Assembly (NCBI GenBank): GCA_038243585.1
Contig: JBBSQY010000033.1
Span: 1 to 36,941, forward strand
DNA from: Candidatus Sumerlaeales bacterium
GTDB taxonomy: Bacteria > Sumerlaeota > Sumerlaeia > Sumerlaeales > Sumerlaeaceae
Direction: 5' to 3'
Length of the DNA stretch: 36,941 bases
The first letter of the stretch is position 1. The number at the start of each line of letters is the position of its first letter. Positions 1 to 8,918 of this stretch are shown here, in pieces. The notes beneath the pieces were generated by a model. That model did not search any database, was not told the origin of the DNA, and saw nothing but the letters and a program-made list of their open reading frames with translations. A program made the translations under genes and the position numbers.

Positions 1-297
1 GGTGTGAAACCCTGTAAGCAATGCGGCTCGAGAGGGTGCGCAAACCGTACTGCCGCTGTAGAACTGTGTAAATCGAATTCCCTCGGTTGCCATTTTGTCC
101 AGAACGGGAGTACGAATCTTCTTCTGGCCATAACAGCCAAGCTCGCCGTAACCAAGATCGTCCGACAGGATATAAATGACGTTAGGCTTCGCACTCGTCT
201 GGCACAGCGCGCTGGAGCTGAGCGTTAAAACACATGCTACTATCAGCGCAGATCGTCCGGCAACGAAGAACGACGTCGCATTATGCATCAGGTTCAT
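1..297 (-). CDS. Arylsulfatase / formylglycine-dependent sulfatase (S1 family), N-terminal part; runs off the left edge
   Basis: Not in the ORF track. Manual translation from ATG at 297: [99 protein letters not shown]. It has a signal peptide, the PNxxxIxxDDLG motif and the CxPSRxxLLTG signature. SD GGAGGT lies upstream. Confidence 0.93.
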   Translation of the reverse strand, partial: MNLMHNATSFFVAGRSALIVACVLTLSSSALCQTSAKPNVIYILSDDLGYGELGCYGQKKIRTPVLDKMATEGIRFTQFYSGSTVCAPSRAALLTGFHT

Positions 298-329
298 GGG
301 ATTACCTCCGCCGGCATTGGCCGGTGTAT

Positions 330-959
330 TTACTTCTCCAGGCTGGCTGGAGTTGGAGCAGGACCCGGCACAATGGGCGCAGGCCCGACTTCCTGTATGA
401 TATCAGTAACTTCCGTACCGACAGCCAGCGTAGTAACTCCGCCGCCGTGGATGTAGACACCACCCCGTTCGGCGCTCGCGCCGATAGGGACAATGGCGGG
501 TTCTACCACTCGCATACCTTGAGGATAACCACCTCTCAGGTTGGCTGTGATGCCCGCTTCGCCCCGGTAGTATTTGGAAGCATGGGAACCCTTTGGCACG
601 CTGCTTTGATAGCCCTGGGGAGAACTAAAAAACCAGCCCGGCATTCCGCCATACTGATAATAAGGAGTAGCCAGCACACAAAGTGCCCAGGGATAATCCC
701 GCGGATTTTCGAAAAGGCTGGTAACGTGAGGGGTGTATCCGGGCACATAGCTGCGTTTAGCGTAAGAGGAATAATTAAAATACTCGTAATAAGGAATTCC
801 AGCCACAGGGGTTGGCGCACCCACGGGAATTTCCGGGCTGCCTTCCGTGCTGCCAGCCGAGAAATCAGGCGCAGGAAGCCCTTCAGGTCCGGCGCCGACT
901 ATACCGACCAAAGCCACAAACGCCGTAATGGATGTCACTTTACCAAAGTTAACCGTCAT
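330..959 (-). CDS. Hypothetical exported protein, Tyr/Gly/Pro-rich
   Basis: 209-aa ORF with an N-terminal hydrophobic signal-like segment and an AGGAG SD upstream of the ATG. It is co-oriented and closely spaced between its neighbours. Confidence 0.7.
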   Translation of the reverse strand: MTVNFGKVTSITAFVALVGIVGAGPEGLPAPDFSAGSTEGSPEIPVGAPTPVAGIPYYEYFNYSSYAKRSYVPGYTPHVTSLFENPRDYPWALCVLATPYYQYGGMPGWFFSSPQGYQSSVPKGSHASKYYRGEAGITANLRGGYPQGMRVVEPAIVPIGASAERGGVYIHGGGVTTLAVGTEVTDIIQEVGPAPIVPGPAPTPASLEK

Positions 960-992
960 TGCAAACTACTCCTGCTTCGCTTTAAAAAATTA

Positions 993-3104
993 TTATTGAG
1001 GCGTAAGACGCATAGCGTCAACGCTAACGCTGACGTTTGCGCCCTGCGGCGCGGTAACGCCTTCTGTGCTGACTGTTAATACAGGAACACCCTGGCCGGC
1101 TTTAAACTGGTAGGTTCCAAGCACCTGCCATTGGCCACTTTGAGTCTGGTTTATTGTCGTCTGCTGCGGGCCTGTGGCGGTATTTACCGTGACAGGTACG
1201 CTTGCGGAGCGAAACTGCGGCGTTCCCCCAATCCACCAGAGTGCGACTTCAAATGCGCCATCTGCTGGAATAGAAGCGTTAAAGGTCGCCGTTTTAACCG
1301 CGGCCGGATTGACTTGAGCCATGACAGATCCGCCCTCATAGCTGTCCGTGGTGCTGGCAGACTGGGTCCAGTCGGCGGCAGGCGACAGTGTAATTCCTCC
1401 TGGTGTTTTGTCATCCACAATAATGACATTTGCCGCTGCGGCTGGCACAGCAGGAGTTGGCAGTGAAGGCATCATGCTTGAAGGCGTAGCCGTGGCCGGT
1501 AATCCGGACGGCAGTGATGGCAACGCCGATGCGATCTCGGTCGAGGCCGCCGGAAGGGTAGGCAGGCCCTGGGCATCCACCGCAACAGGAACTGCTGGCA
1601 GGGTGGGCAAGCCTGGCACCTCGGACGAAGTAACAGGCGCTGCGGGCAACTCAGGCAACAGACCAGGGGCGGGGGCCGCTGGCGCAGACGGAGTTGGAGA
1701 GATAACTGGAGCGGCCGGCATTACGGGAAAGGCCGGTACCGGAGTGCCTAAGACGGGCGTCGGGATAAGCGGTGCCGCCGAAGGAAGCATTGGCATAACA
1801 GGGTCGCCGTTAACCACTGCCGGAGTAGTCGCGCTTACGTTGACCCCAGCATCGCTAAGCACGGGGAACGGGTTCACTTCCGTGGCAGGATAAATGGTCG
1901 TCTCAGCACTGGCAGTTGCTTCAAGACCAGGCTGCAAGACCGTGAGGGATGAGACAGGGGGCACAGAGGTCGAGATGGAAGCGGCATTGCCCGTTTCGTC
2001 TCCTGCAAGTCCCGTGCTGGCAACAAGGTTTGAATTTATTCCAGCGGTAATTGGGTTCAACGTTTCTTCGTTCGCAACACCGGGAACATAACGTGCGGCT
2101 GCATAATCTGCTTCCGTGCTCATGATGGCTGATGCGGGCGCCGTCACATAGGCAGGAACCTGCGGCTCAACAGGGGTCGTTCCAGCGTAGCCTTGCGGCC
2201 AGTAAAAAGTGCCATAAGGCAGGCTTGTGTAGATGTCCGTGCGCAGAAACGGGGCGCTGGCATAAACATAATTGGCTGGTGGCGACATGATGTTCGACGG
2301 ATATGGAGTCGCTCCGGGCAGTAGGACCCGTGTTACTGTCTGCGGCATATAAATGATTGGTGGTCCAGCGAACGCAGGGGATCTCAAGTATGGGGTACCA
2401 ACAGGGGCAGCGGCCGCAAGGCCCTGACCGTACGGTGCCGCTATCCCAGCTTCTGTGCTGACGACAGCTGGAGCCGGGAAAAGCGGAATGCCCATGCCGC
2501 GCGGGGTCGGTTCCGCGATGGCGGCAGTTGTGCGAGTATATGAGTAGCTGCGTCTGCTGCCTTTTTCCAACTGTTCGCCCTGAACGACTTGTTGAGTGAC
2601 CACGGCTGCAGCATCATGCTCTGGTGGTGGCACCATCCGGGCCACGGGTGGTGGTTCTGGAGCTCCGAGTTCAGTGGTTACGCGCGTGGTTTCCGTGCGA
2701 ACAGTAGCTGCCGAATTGGCTTGCGCAAGCTGTCTTTGACCGGGGCTTAAAGGCTGCACGTCGCCGGTCACTTTGACGTTATAGGCCGATGCGGGCAACG
2801 TTTTTTCAAGGGTCGAGGAAAGGCTTATTCTATCACCTACCTTGACCATTCCTGCCGCGCCGGCGGGCAACGTGATTACTGTGCCCCCCTGGCCGCCGCT
2901 GGATTTCACCGTGGCGTCTGTAACCAGACTTCCCTCGCGAACAACATAAACTTTGTCACCATCAGGACGCGCGGGGATATCCACGACCAACTCGCCGGTT
3001 GCCGCGCTTGGCACTGCGGAGACTATTCCTAATTCCTGTGACCATGCTGCGCCAGCAGACGCAAGCACCAACGATAACGATATCGTACCAACTACCTTGC
3101 TCAT
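993..3104 (-). CDS. Secreted Pro/Ala-rich protein with C-terminal golvesin/xanthan-lyase-type carbohydrate-binding-like beta-sandwich
   Basis: Signal peptide (MSKVVG...AAWS/Q; ATG at 3104 with GGGAG SD) and a long low-complexity P/A/T linker. The C-terminal IIVDD...W...ATF...G.FEV.LWW...VPVTV...INQ...GQWQVLGTYQF..G...V.VDAMRL pattern is typical of golvesin_C-like domains. Confidence 0.75.
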   Translation of the reverse strand: MSKVVGTISLSLVLASAGAAWSQELGIVSAVPSAATGELVVDIPARPDGDKVYVVREGSLVTDATVKSSGGQGGTVITLPAGAAGMVKVGDRISLSSTLEKTLPASAYNVKVTGDVQPLSPGQRQLAQANSAATVRTETTRVTTELGAPEPPPVARMVPPPEHDAAAVVTQQVVQGEQLEKGSRRSYSYTRTTAAIAEPTPRGMGIPLFPAPAVVSTEAGIAAPYGQGLAAAAPVGTPYLRSPAFAGPPIIYMPQTVTRVLLPGATPYPSNIMSPPANYVYASAPFLRTDIYTSLPYGTFYWPQGYAGTTPVEPQVPAYVTAPASAIMSTEADYAAARYVPGVANEETLNPITAGINSNLVASTGLAGDETGNAASISTSVPPVSSLTVLQPGLEATASAETTIYPATEVNPFPVLSDAGVNVSATTPAVVNGDPVMPMLPSAAPLIPTPVLGTPVPAFPVMPAAPVISPTPSAPAAPAPGLLPELPAAPVTSSEVPGLPTLPAVPVAVDAQGLPTLPAASTEIASALPSLPSGLPATATPSSMMPSLPTPAVPAAAANVIIVDDKTPGGITLSPAADWTQSASTTDSYEGGSVMAQVNPAAVKTATFNASIPADGAFEVALWWIGGTPQFRSASVPVTVNTATGPQQTTINQTQSGQWQVLGTYQFKAGQGVPVLTVSTEGVTAPQGANVSVSVDAMRLTPQ

Positions 3105-3320
3105 TCGCAAACTCCCATAACCGTCTTAACCCAAAACTCCAGCAGAACCGCAACCTACTGCATCTGATTCCAACACAGAAACTGGCTTAGCAATAAATTT
3201 CCGAAAATAGATCATGCCTCTCGTGGCAGGGCAAGCACATTGTTAACTGTATGGACGCTTTTCTGTTTAAAGCAGTTGAGACATAAAGAAAAAGCGTGAA
3301 GCAGTACGATAGACTTAGTT

Positions 3321-4439
3321 CTACCGGGATAGCAGGTTCCGGTATAGCCTGTCTGTATTCACGACTAAAGTCTCCACGGAAAATATCCGCTTTACTCTTT
3401 CTCGTGCCGCCAGGCCGAGCCTGACCCGCAGATCACGATCTTGTATCATCCGAACTAGTCCGTCTGCAAGCGCACGATGATCTTCTACTCGTGCAAGAAG
3501 CCCGGTCACCTCATGTTCGATAATATCGGGAATGCCTCCACTGTCTGAAGCCACAATGGGCAATCCCGCCGCGCCGGCCTCCAGCACGCTTGTTCCTAGG
3601 CCTTCCGATCTGCTTGGCTGCGTATAGATGTCCAACGCCGCCAGACATTGCGCCACGTCCGTCCGGAAACCACCCATCTGCACGTGTCCTGTCATACCAG
3701 AGTTTTTCAGTTCCTGAGCCAATTCGCCACCGAGGCTACCGGAACCAAAACATATAAAGCGGGCCTCTGGGCACTGCTCTACCACTAACGGAACCGCCCG
3801 AAACAGCACGTCATGAGCCTTCTCGCGGCGCAGCCGTCCGGTGATTCCAATTACCATATGTTGGTCATTGTAGCCAAATTCTTCGCGCAGTTCCGCTCGA
3901 ACATTATCGGCGACTTCATACTTATACGAGTCGATTGCGCTGGGAATGACAGTAAGTTTTGCCGGATCAATATAAGATTTTTCCGCCAGCTGACGCGCGA
4001 TGGCGGAAGATATGCAGACGATGCTTTCAAAGCTCTTGCCATATTGCCAACGGTTTAGCGGGTGATCCGACACGGGAAAAATATTGTGCTTGCTGCGGAT
4101 AACAACAGGGCGCGCTTCTGCCGGAACGAGCAGAGCCGCCTTGGCGTATGCCCAGGAATCGCGCCCACCATGAAGATGAATGATGTCAGGTTGATAGGAC
4201 TGCAATAGCCGTTTCATGGCCATCACATCATGAATCAAGCCCCAGCGAACGCCGCCGACGTAGTTGATCGTCGTATCTACTGCGAGCCCGGCGTCGCGCG
4301 ACCGCAGGGCAAGCTGGCTGCCCGGTGGCGCACTTACCAGAACGTCCCAGTTCTTGCCTGCCAGGCCGACGCATTCCGTTAAAATACGGTTGGACTGGCC
4401 GCCCCACCCGCGCAGGAAATTTGTGTGAAGAACTTTCAC
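3321..4439 (-). CDS. Glycosyltransferase family 4 (GT-B, RfaB/WcaC-like)
   Basis: N-terminal GGQ motif, DIIHLHG, GRL..EK, and the PSRSEGLGTSVLEA EX7E motif. The likely GTG start at 4439 overlaps the upstream stop (GTGA). Confidence 0.92.
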   Translation of the reverse strand: MKVLHTNFLRGWGGQSNRILTECVGLAGKNWDVLVSAPPGSQLALRSRDAGLAVDTTINYVGGVRWGLIHDVMAMKRLLQSYQPDIIHLHGGRDSWAYAKAALLVPAEARPVVIRSKHNIFPVSDHPLNRWQYGKSFESIVCISSAIARQLAEKSYIDPAKLTVIPSAIDSYKYEVADNVRAELREEFGYNDQHMVIGITGRLRREKAHDVLFRAVPLVVEQCPEARFICFGSGSLGGELAQELKNSGMTGHVQMGGFRTDVAQCLAALDIYTQPSRSEGLGTSVLEAGAAGLPIVASDSGGIPDIIEHEVTGLLARVEDHRALADGLVRMIQDRDLRVRLGLAARERVKRIFSVETLVVNTDRLYRNLLSR

Positions 4440-5194
4440 GGGAGAGACTTCCACCGTTTCTTGTTTTTTAACGCATGGACCCAGTGGTACCAGGGTGAAA
4501 GCATATAGCCTAGCCGTTTAGGATCAGTATCGTTCATGATCATTACTCTAGGCATCCAAAATAGCTGACCGGACGCCGGACGGTTATCGCGGATCGTGCT
4601 TAGCGCCCCACAGTAACCTGCCTTCCTGACAAGTTGGGCGATGCGCGGGGCGAAATTACCGTAAGGATAGCAAAACCAATCCCCCATTAAGCCAAGCTCT
4701 TCTTTCATTCGCCGACGCGATTCCGCAAGTTCGAACATGACGGTTCCAGCTTCTGTATCATTTGATCCGCTTTCAAGTTTTGTCAGACGCGGATGGGTGT
4801 GGGTGTGGCTGCCGAATTCAATGCCTGCTGCGCTCATCACTTTGATATCCGCGAGAGTCAAATAATCGTCCCATTGATTGGACGGCCGGGCTCGCGCGAC
4901 CTGGTTGGTAATTAGAAAGATAGTAGCGGAGAAACCAGCCTCCCGCAGCGCCGGAAACGCCTCGGTAAAGTTGTCGCGCCATCCGTCGTCAAAAGTGATC
5001 GCCACCCATCGCCTTGGCAGTGGGGCTTTACTGGAGATGGCGTCGGCGATAGCGTCTAGAGACACAGAAACATAGCCGCGGTCTTTCAGCCACGCCAGAT
5101 GCGCGCGAAACAGTTCCGTCGAAACAAAAAGCCCGCGATGATTTTCCTGTCCGGGCGGACATTCGCCGATATGGTGATAGGTAAGTATGGCCAC
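4436..5194 (-). CDS. Polysaccharide deacetylase (CE4/NodB homology)
   Basis: ILTYHH, ITFDDGW, GSHTHTHP and FCYPYG motifs. Start probably GTG at 5194; the longer ORF-track start at 5260 lies inside a REP-like repeat. Confidence 0.9.
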   Translation of the reverse strand: MAILTYHHIGECPPGQENHRGLFVSTELFRAHLAWLKDRGYVSVSLDAIADAISSKAPLPRRWVAITFDDGWRDNFTEAFPALREAGFSATIFLITNQVARARPSNQWDDYLTLADIKVMSAAGIEFGSHTHTHPRLTKLESGSNDTEAGTVMFELAESRRRMKEELGLMGDWFCYPYGNFAPRIAQLVRKAGYCGALSTIRDNRPASGQLFWMPRVMIMNDTDPKRLGYMLSPWYHWVHALKNKKRWKSLP

Positions 5195-5237
5195 GAATAG
5201 ATGGGCGCTTTGGGTGAGCCGTGTTGCAACACTAAAA

Positions 5238-5321
5238 GTAGGATGGGCACTCCTCCCCATTTCGCACAGCGCGAGCCGTAGCGGCTGCGCCGCTGATGCG
5301 GGCAGGAAATGCCCATCCTAC
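5238..5321. repeat. REP-like inverted pair, family A (GTAGGATGGGCA...TGCCCATCCTAC)
   Basis: GTAGGATGGGCACTCCTCCCC at 5238 and GGGCAGGAAATGCCCATCCTAC ending at 5321. Each has a GTAG foot plus a short GC-rich palindrome. Confidence 0.75.
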
Positions 5322-5333
5322 GTCTGCTATCTT

Positions 5334-6434
5334 TTAATCAAACAACTCCCAGCCGGCGGCTGAGGAAGGTCCTGTTTTTGGCGTAATCGCCAGCAGGTTT
5401 GTCGCAGCTGGAAAAGTTACAAAGCCGCCTATATAAACCGTAGCCAGTGGGCTGGCTGCGCCTCGCGTAAAGGGACGCGCTGGAAAATCCACTCGAGCGG
5501 AGGATACGTATCCGGCGTTGGTTTCAGCAAGCACGGTGCCCGTGGCGGTACCTGCCAGAAGGTTATCAGGGAGTTGAAACATCCTGATTGTGCCACCGTT
5601 TTCGCTCGTGATCAGCTTGCCGTCGCCAGTGGTGCCAAGGTCGGAAATACTGTTTGTCAGTTGGCTTGTGGTGACGATGTCGTTAAATTCTCCCGCATCA
5701 ATATTGTCGTCCGCATTGGTGTTTACCAGCGCCGCAACGCGTCCGGCCGGGAACTCCGAAATTCCACAGACCACATGGCCCTCCGGAGTAAAAGCCAGGC
5801 CGCCGTTGTAATTGAACCCGGAAAACCATGCCGCTCCCGAGGGGTAGTAGGCAGGGTTGGACTCAGGGTTTTGAATTACAAGTATTTCCGAGTTTGTGCC
5901 ACCATCCGCCGTCTGGACGAGGAGCGATCCTGCGGGAATACCGGCCTGATTGCCTGCGGGGGCAACGGTAAGCTGCGCACCCGTAAAGCTGCCATTAGTT
6001 AAAATAGGCGCTATCAGTTCAGTGATTTCTCCGGCGTCAAGCCAATCGCCATCCGCATTTAAATCCCGAGCGCGAAGAATCGTATCTGAAGTAAAATCGT
6101 CGTTATCTGTGATTGCCAGGTCGCCGTTAGCGAGAACGGCCAGTCCGCCGACGTTGCCTACAACGGGCGTAACCGTGCGGGTGGTTCCGGTGTCGAGTTG
6201 CACTTCGAGAATGGAGTGCATGGAGTAGGGCCCAACTGAAGCATAAAGGATGTTTTCGTCGGCAGGGTGCTGAGCGATGGCTCCGCCGAATCCCACTCCG
6301 AGTTCAATGGAATGTGCCAGGTAGCCGGGCGCGAGGGTGGTTATTTCAAGAGTATCGGCAATGGCTGGCTGGTTCATGGCAAAAGCTACGGCCGCAGCGA
6401 TTCCACTGTGGGTGATGATGTTAAATAATTTCAA
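5334..6434 (-). CDS. Secreted hypothetical protein (probable beta-propeller) downstream of the cobalamin riboswitch; C-terminal W-x-L-F tail
   Basis: TTG start with AAGGA SD and a signal peptide (..PAIA/D). Repeated GGLA(V/F)xxxGxL-type blade motifs and two D-x-N-x-D-G/D Ca-binding-like loops (DLNADGDWLDAGE, NTNADDNIDAGE). Ends SSAAGWELFD. Confidence 0.8.
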   Translation of the reverse strand: MKLFNIITHSGIAAAVAFAMNQPAIADTLEITTLAPGYLAHSIELGVGFGGAIAQHPADENILYASVGPYSMHSILEVQLDTGTTRTVTPVVGNVGGLAVLANGDLAITDNDDFTSDTILRARDLNADGDWLDAGEITELIAPILTNGSFTGAQLTVAPAGNQAGIPAGSLLVQTADGGTNSEILVIQNPESNPAYYPSGAAWFSGFNYNGGLAFTPEGHVVCGISEFPAGRVAALVNTNADDNIDAGEFNDIVTTSQLTNSISDLGTTGDGKLITSENGGTIRMFQLPDNLLAGTATGTVLAETNAGYVSSARVDFPARPFTRGAASPLATVYIGGFVTFPAATNLLAITPKTGPSSAAGWELFD

Positions 6435-6603
6435 TGTCTTTTCCTTGTGACCTGATTCCGAGGTCTGGTATTTTGCGTTTCGCTGGCGCGGACGATTAGT
6501 CCGTCGCTTTCTTTCATGGGATCATAGTAAAGATCCCGCGCGTTACAATGCGCGGCTCTACCTGCTTCTTTCTGTCCTTTCCGGCGATGATCCATCGCCT
6601 TTT

Positions 6604-6785
6604 CTCGGAGTTCGGTCTTCTGACTTGCGGATCAACCTCGGTTCTTCAGCCTTCCCAACCCGTGTCGCGGCCAGTGGCTACTGCTTTGAAGAACGTTGTC
6701 CCCGCTTACAGCGGCGGTCCCGTGCCGGATTTTCACCGGCTTCCCGTTAACTCTAAAAAAGAAAACTCACGGCGCACCTTCCGGT
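6604..6785 (-). promoter_or_regulatory. Cobalamin (B12) riboswitch
   Basis: Minus strand reads GGAAGGT...TTAACGGGAAGCCGGTGAAAATCCGGCACGGGACCGCCGCTGTAAGCGGGG...GCCACTGG...GGGAAGGC...CCGCAAGTCAGAAGACC. All core conserved segments are present, including the B12 box. Confidence 0.93.
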
Positions 6786-6802
6786 AAAGAAGAAAGTGCG
6801 TC

Positions 6803-6833
6803 GTGACTATAGTACTCTGTACAACGTAGTCAC
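6803..6833 (-). promoter_or_regulatory. Candidate sigma70-type promoter for the riboswitch, overlapped by an inverted repeat
   Basis: Minus strand GTGACT-N16-TATAGT just upstream of the aptamer. A perfect GTGACTA-N17-TAGTCAC inverted repeat spans it. Confidence 0.4.
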
Positions 6834-6896
6834 CGCAGACTCAGGCGATACAGCGGACCTTGACGTTTTAGCAGCCCGTCTGAGCCAGTGCGGGAC

Positions 6897-6917
6897 GGGC
6901 AGGAATGCCCATCCTAC
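6897..6917. repeat. REP-like element, family A (single copy)
   Basis: GGGCAGGAATGCCCATCCTAC, near-identical to 5300-5321, a few bases after the heme oxygenase stop. Confidence 0.7.
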
Positions 6918-6921
6918 GAGA

Positions 6922-7554
6922 TTAGGCCCGAACTGTCTCCGGGTAGATTTCTGCTTCTACATCGATGATCTGCAAGAATGTCGCTTTCGCGGCTTCCACT
7001 ATTTTGTCGCCCTCTTCTGGTGTGAACTCAAGCTGTTCCATGGCAGATTTGTAATCTGACCACTTCTGCCGCTGTTCATCTCCATAAGGATCAAGGTAGC
7101 GGGTGCCATCCTCGCCCTCAAGTCGCCATGCGCCGCGCAGGGCCATGGCGATGTATTTGGCTCCATTGTTGCTGCCTTCAAACACATAATGAAAGCCCAG
7201 GAGCGCAAGGTCGTCTGCTGATTCGATTGCCTCAAGCAGCTTTCCCGTGGCTTCACACGGCGCAGCCAGTTCAGGGTCGCCACCGTAGAATCGCAAATCG
7301 GCCGCGGCGCGCTCTTCCTGAAATTGATAATCATGGACGACCGCTGCAATGCGGGGATCGTTGGTACGCGCTTGCCTTAGTTTCGATTCCAAGGTGCGGT
7401 GAATGAGATAGCGCTGGGCCAGTTGCTCACTATAGACATCTTTTGGAAGCTTCCCTTTGACCAGATCCTTTTCGAGAGCGGCGTGTTCCGCCTGCTGATG
7501 CAGCGGCCAGGTCTCTTTTTTCAGTCGTTCTGTAATTGTAATTGCTTCGGTCAT
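6922..7554 (-). CDS. hemO: Biliverdin-producing heme oxygenase (HemO/PigA/HmuO family)
   Basis: LKKETWPLHQQAE carries the proximal His; LLGFHYVFEGSNNGAKYIA is the distal-helix YVxEGSxxG motif. The start overlaps the MFS stop (ATGA). Confidence 0.92.
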   Translation of the reverse strand: MTEAITITERLKKETWPLHQQAEHAALEKDLVKGKLPKDVYSEQLAQRYLIHRTLESKLRQARTNDPRIAAVVHDYQFQEERAAADLRFYGGDPELAAPCEATGKLLEAIESADDLALLGFHYVFEGSNNGAKYIAMALRGAWRLEGEDGTRYLDPYGDEQRQKWSDYKSAMEQLEFTPEEGDKIVEAAKATFLQIIDVEAEIYPETVRA

Positions 7555-8891
7555 GCCGGGAGTTTCCTTTCGTCTGTTAAATCAATTTTTGATATTTTTT
7601 CGTCAATGGGCGATGCATGATTATCAGCATAGTCACGGGGAACGGTAGATGCAGACGAGTCGATCGCAGCATTTCGCCGGGCGAGAATCCAGGCAAGTCC
7701 ACCGCAGCCAATTTCCACGGCACCAACGCTGGCGAAGGTGAAGGCATAACCCATGATTTTACCTGCCACCCCGGCATAAACAAAACCTAGCAGAAGACCG
7801 AAAGAACCCATAAGATTAAAAGCAGAAATAGCGGTGGCTTTTTCGTCCGGTTTGACCATCTGACCCACGAGTACCAGGTTTGCAACAAACTTCAGACCTG
7901 TGAAGAGCCCCGCGAGACCGATGAACACCAGGAACATCCAGGGAAAATCGAAGACCACAGCCAACGAAAGACAAAGGCCATAGCCCACCGAACTGACGGC
8001 TATAGCGCGCCACGCCCCGATACGACTTGTCAAGGTCCCCGCATAACCACTGGCTCCTGCGAACATAATCCAGAAGGCGGTCATCACGGCCCCGGCGGCG
8101 GTGAAGCCAGTTAGCCCGTAACGATCTTTCAGAACCAGGGCCGGCAATATGGCCAGAAGCGCAAACGAGAATTTGTCTACAAATCCGAACATGATCGGAA
8201 GCCATAAACGCGGAACGCCGCGGAGAGAGGCAATCATGGCGCGAGCGCCCGGCTCCCGAACGGTTACATTTTCAGGGCGTTTTACTTCCCACAACAGCAG
8301 GAGCGCCGCAAGCGCCAGCCCGCCGCCGGCAATTCCATAGACGACGTTTATCCCCGCGCCGGCCATTCCCAGAAGTAATGTAAGGGCGCTACCCAGTAAG
8401 TAGCCGGCAGGGATCGAAGTCATAAAAACAGCCATGACTCGAGACCGCGTTTGCGGCGAGCAAAGGTCCAGCGCGCGGGTCATCAACATACCGATGCCAA
8501 CGATTCCGAGCGCTCCATCCAGAAACCGAAGGGCCAAAAGGGAGGAATACTCGCTGGGGAAGGGAAGGAGCATAGTTGTTATGCCGGTTCCAAAACATCC
8601 TGCAAGCGCCAGGGGAACCCGACGCCCCCACCGATCCGAGATAAGGCCGGCCAGCAACCCCAACAGCAGAATCTGCGGCAGGGAATGAACCAGCATAAAC
8701 ATGGAAGTGCCGCGCTGATCCAGATGGAACTTGTTGCGAACCAGCTCATTCAGGGTCGGTGTAATGACCGCCATGGAACAGAACATCATTGTTGTTACCA
8801 CTACCAGGCGCAGCAAAGGACCCCAAGGCATTTGCCCGGGGTCCATGCTGTGCCGACTGGCAGGTGGCATAAGGTGTTTGTCAGTTTTCAT
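7551..8891 (-). CDS. Major facilitator superfamily transporter
   Basis: About 12 hydrophobic segments, motif A (GLISDRWGRR) and motif B (LRFLDG). Confidence 0.9.
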   Translation of the reverse strand: MKTDKHLMPPASRHSMDPGQMPWGPLLRLVVVTTMMFCSMAVITPTLNELVRNKFHLDQRGTSMFMLVHSLPQILLLGLLAGLISDRWGRRVPLALAGCFGTGITTMLLPFPSEYSSLLALRFLDGALGIVGIGMLMTRALDLCSPQTRSRVMAVFMTSIPAGYLLGSALTLLLGMAGAGINVVYGIAGGGLALAALLLLWEVKRPENVTVREPGARAMIASLRGVPRLWLPIMFGFVDKFSFALLAILPALVLKDRYGLTGFTAAGAVMTAFWIMFAGASGYAGTLTSRIGAWRAIAVSSVGYGLCLSLAVVFDFPWMFLVFIGLAGLFTGLKFVANLVLVGQMVKPDEKATAISAFNLMGSFGLLLGFVYAGVAGKIMGYAFTFASVGAVEIGCGGLAWILARRNAAIDSSASTVPRDYADNHASPIDEKISKIDLTDERKLPA

Positions 8892-8918
8892 ATAACTTCA
8901 TGCCACTGTTGTTAGTAA

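Noticed and set aside
4..1079. Plus-strand ORFs 4..228, 176..400 and 234..1079
   Set aside because: They are antisense to the sulfatase and the 330..959 gene, and show no recognisable motifs.
3321..5194. Deacetylase + GT4 as part of the B12-regulated unit
   Set aside because: They are co-oriented but separated by a REP pair, with no functional link evident. This is a common envelope-polysaccharide pair.
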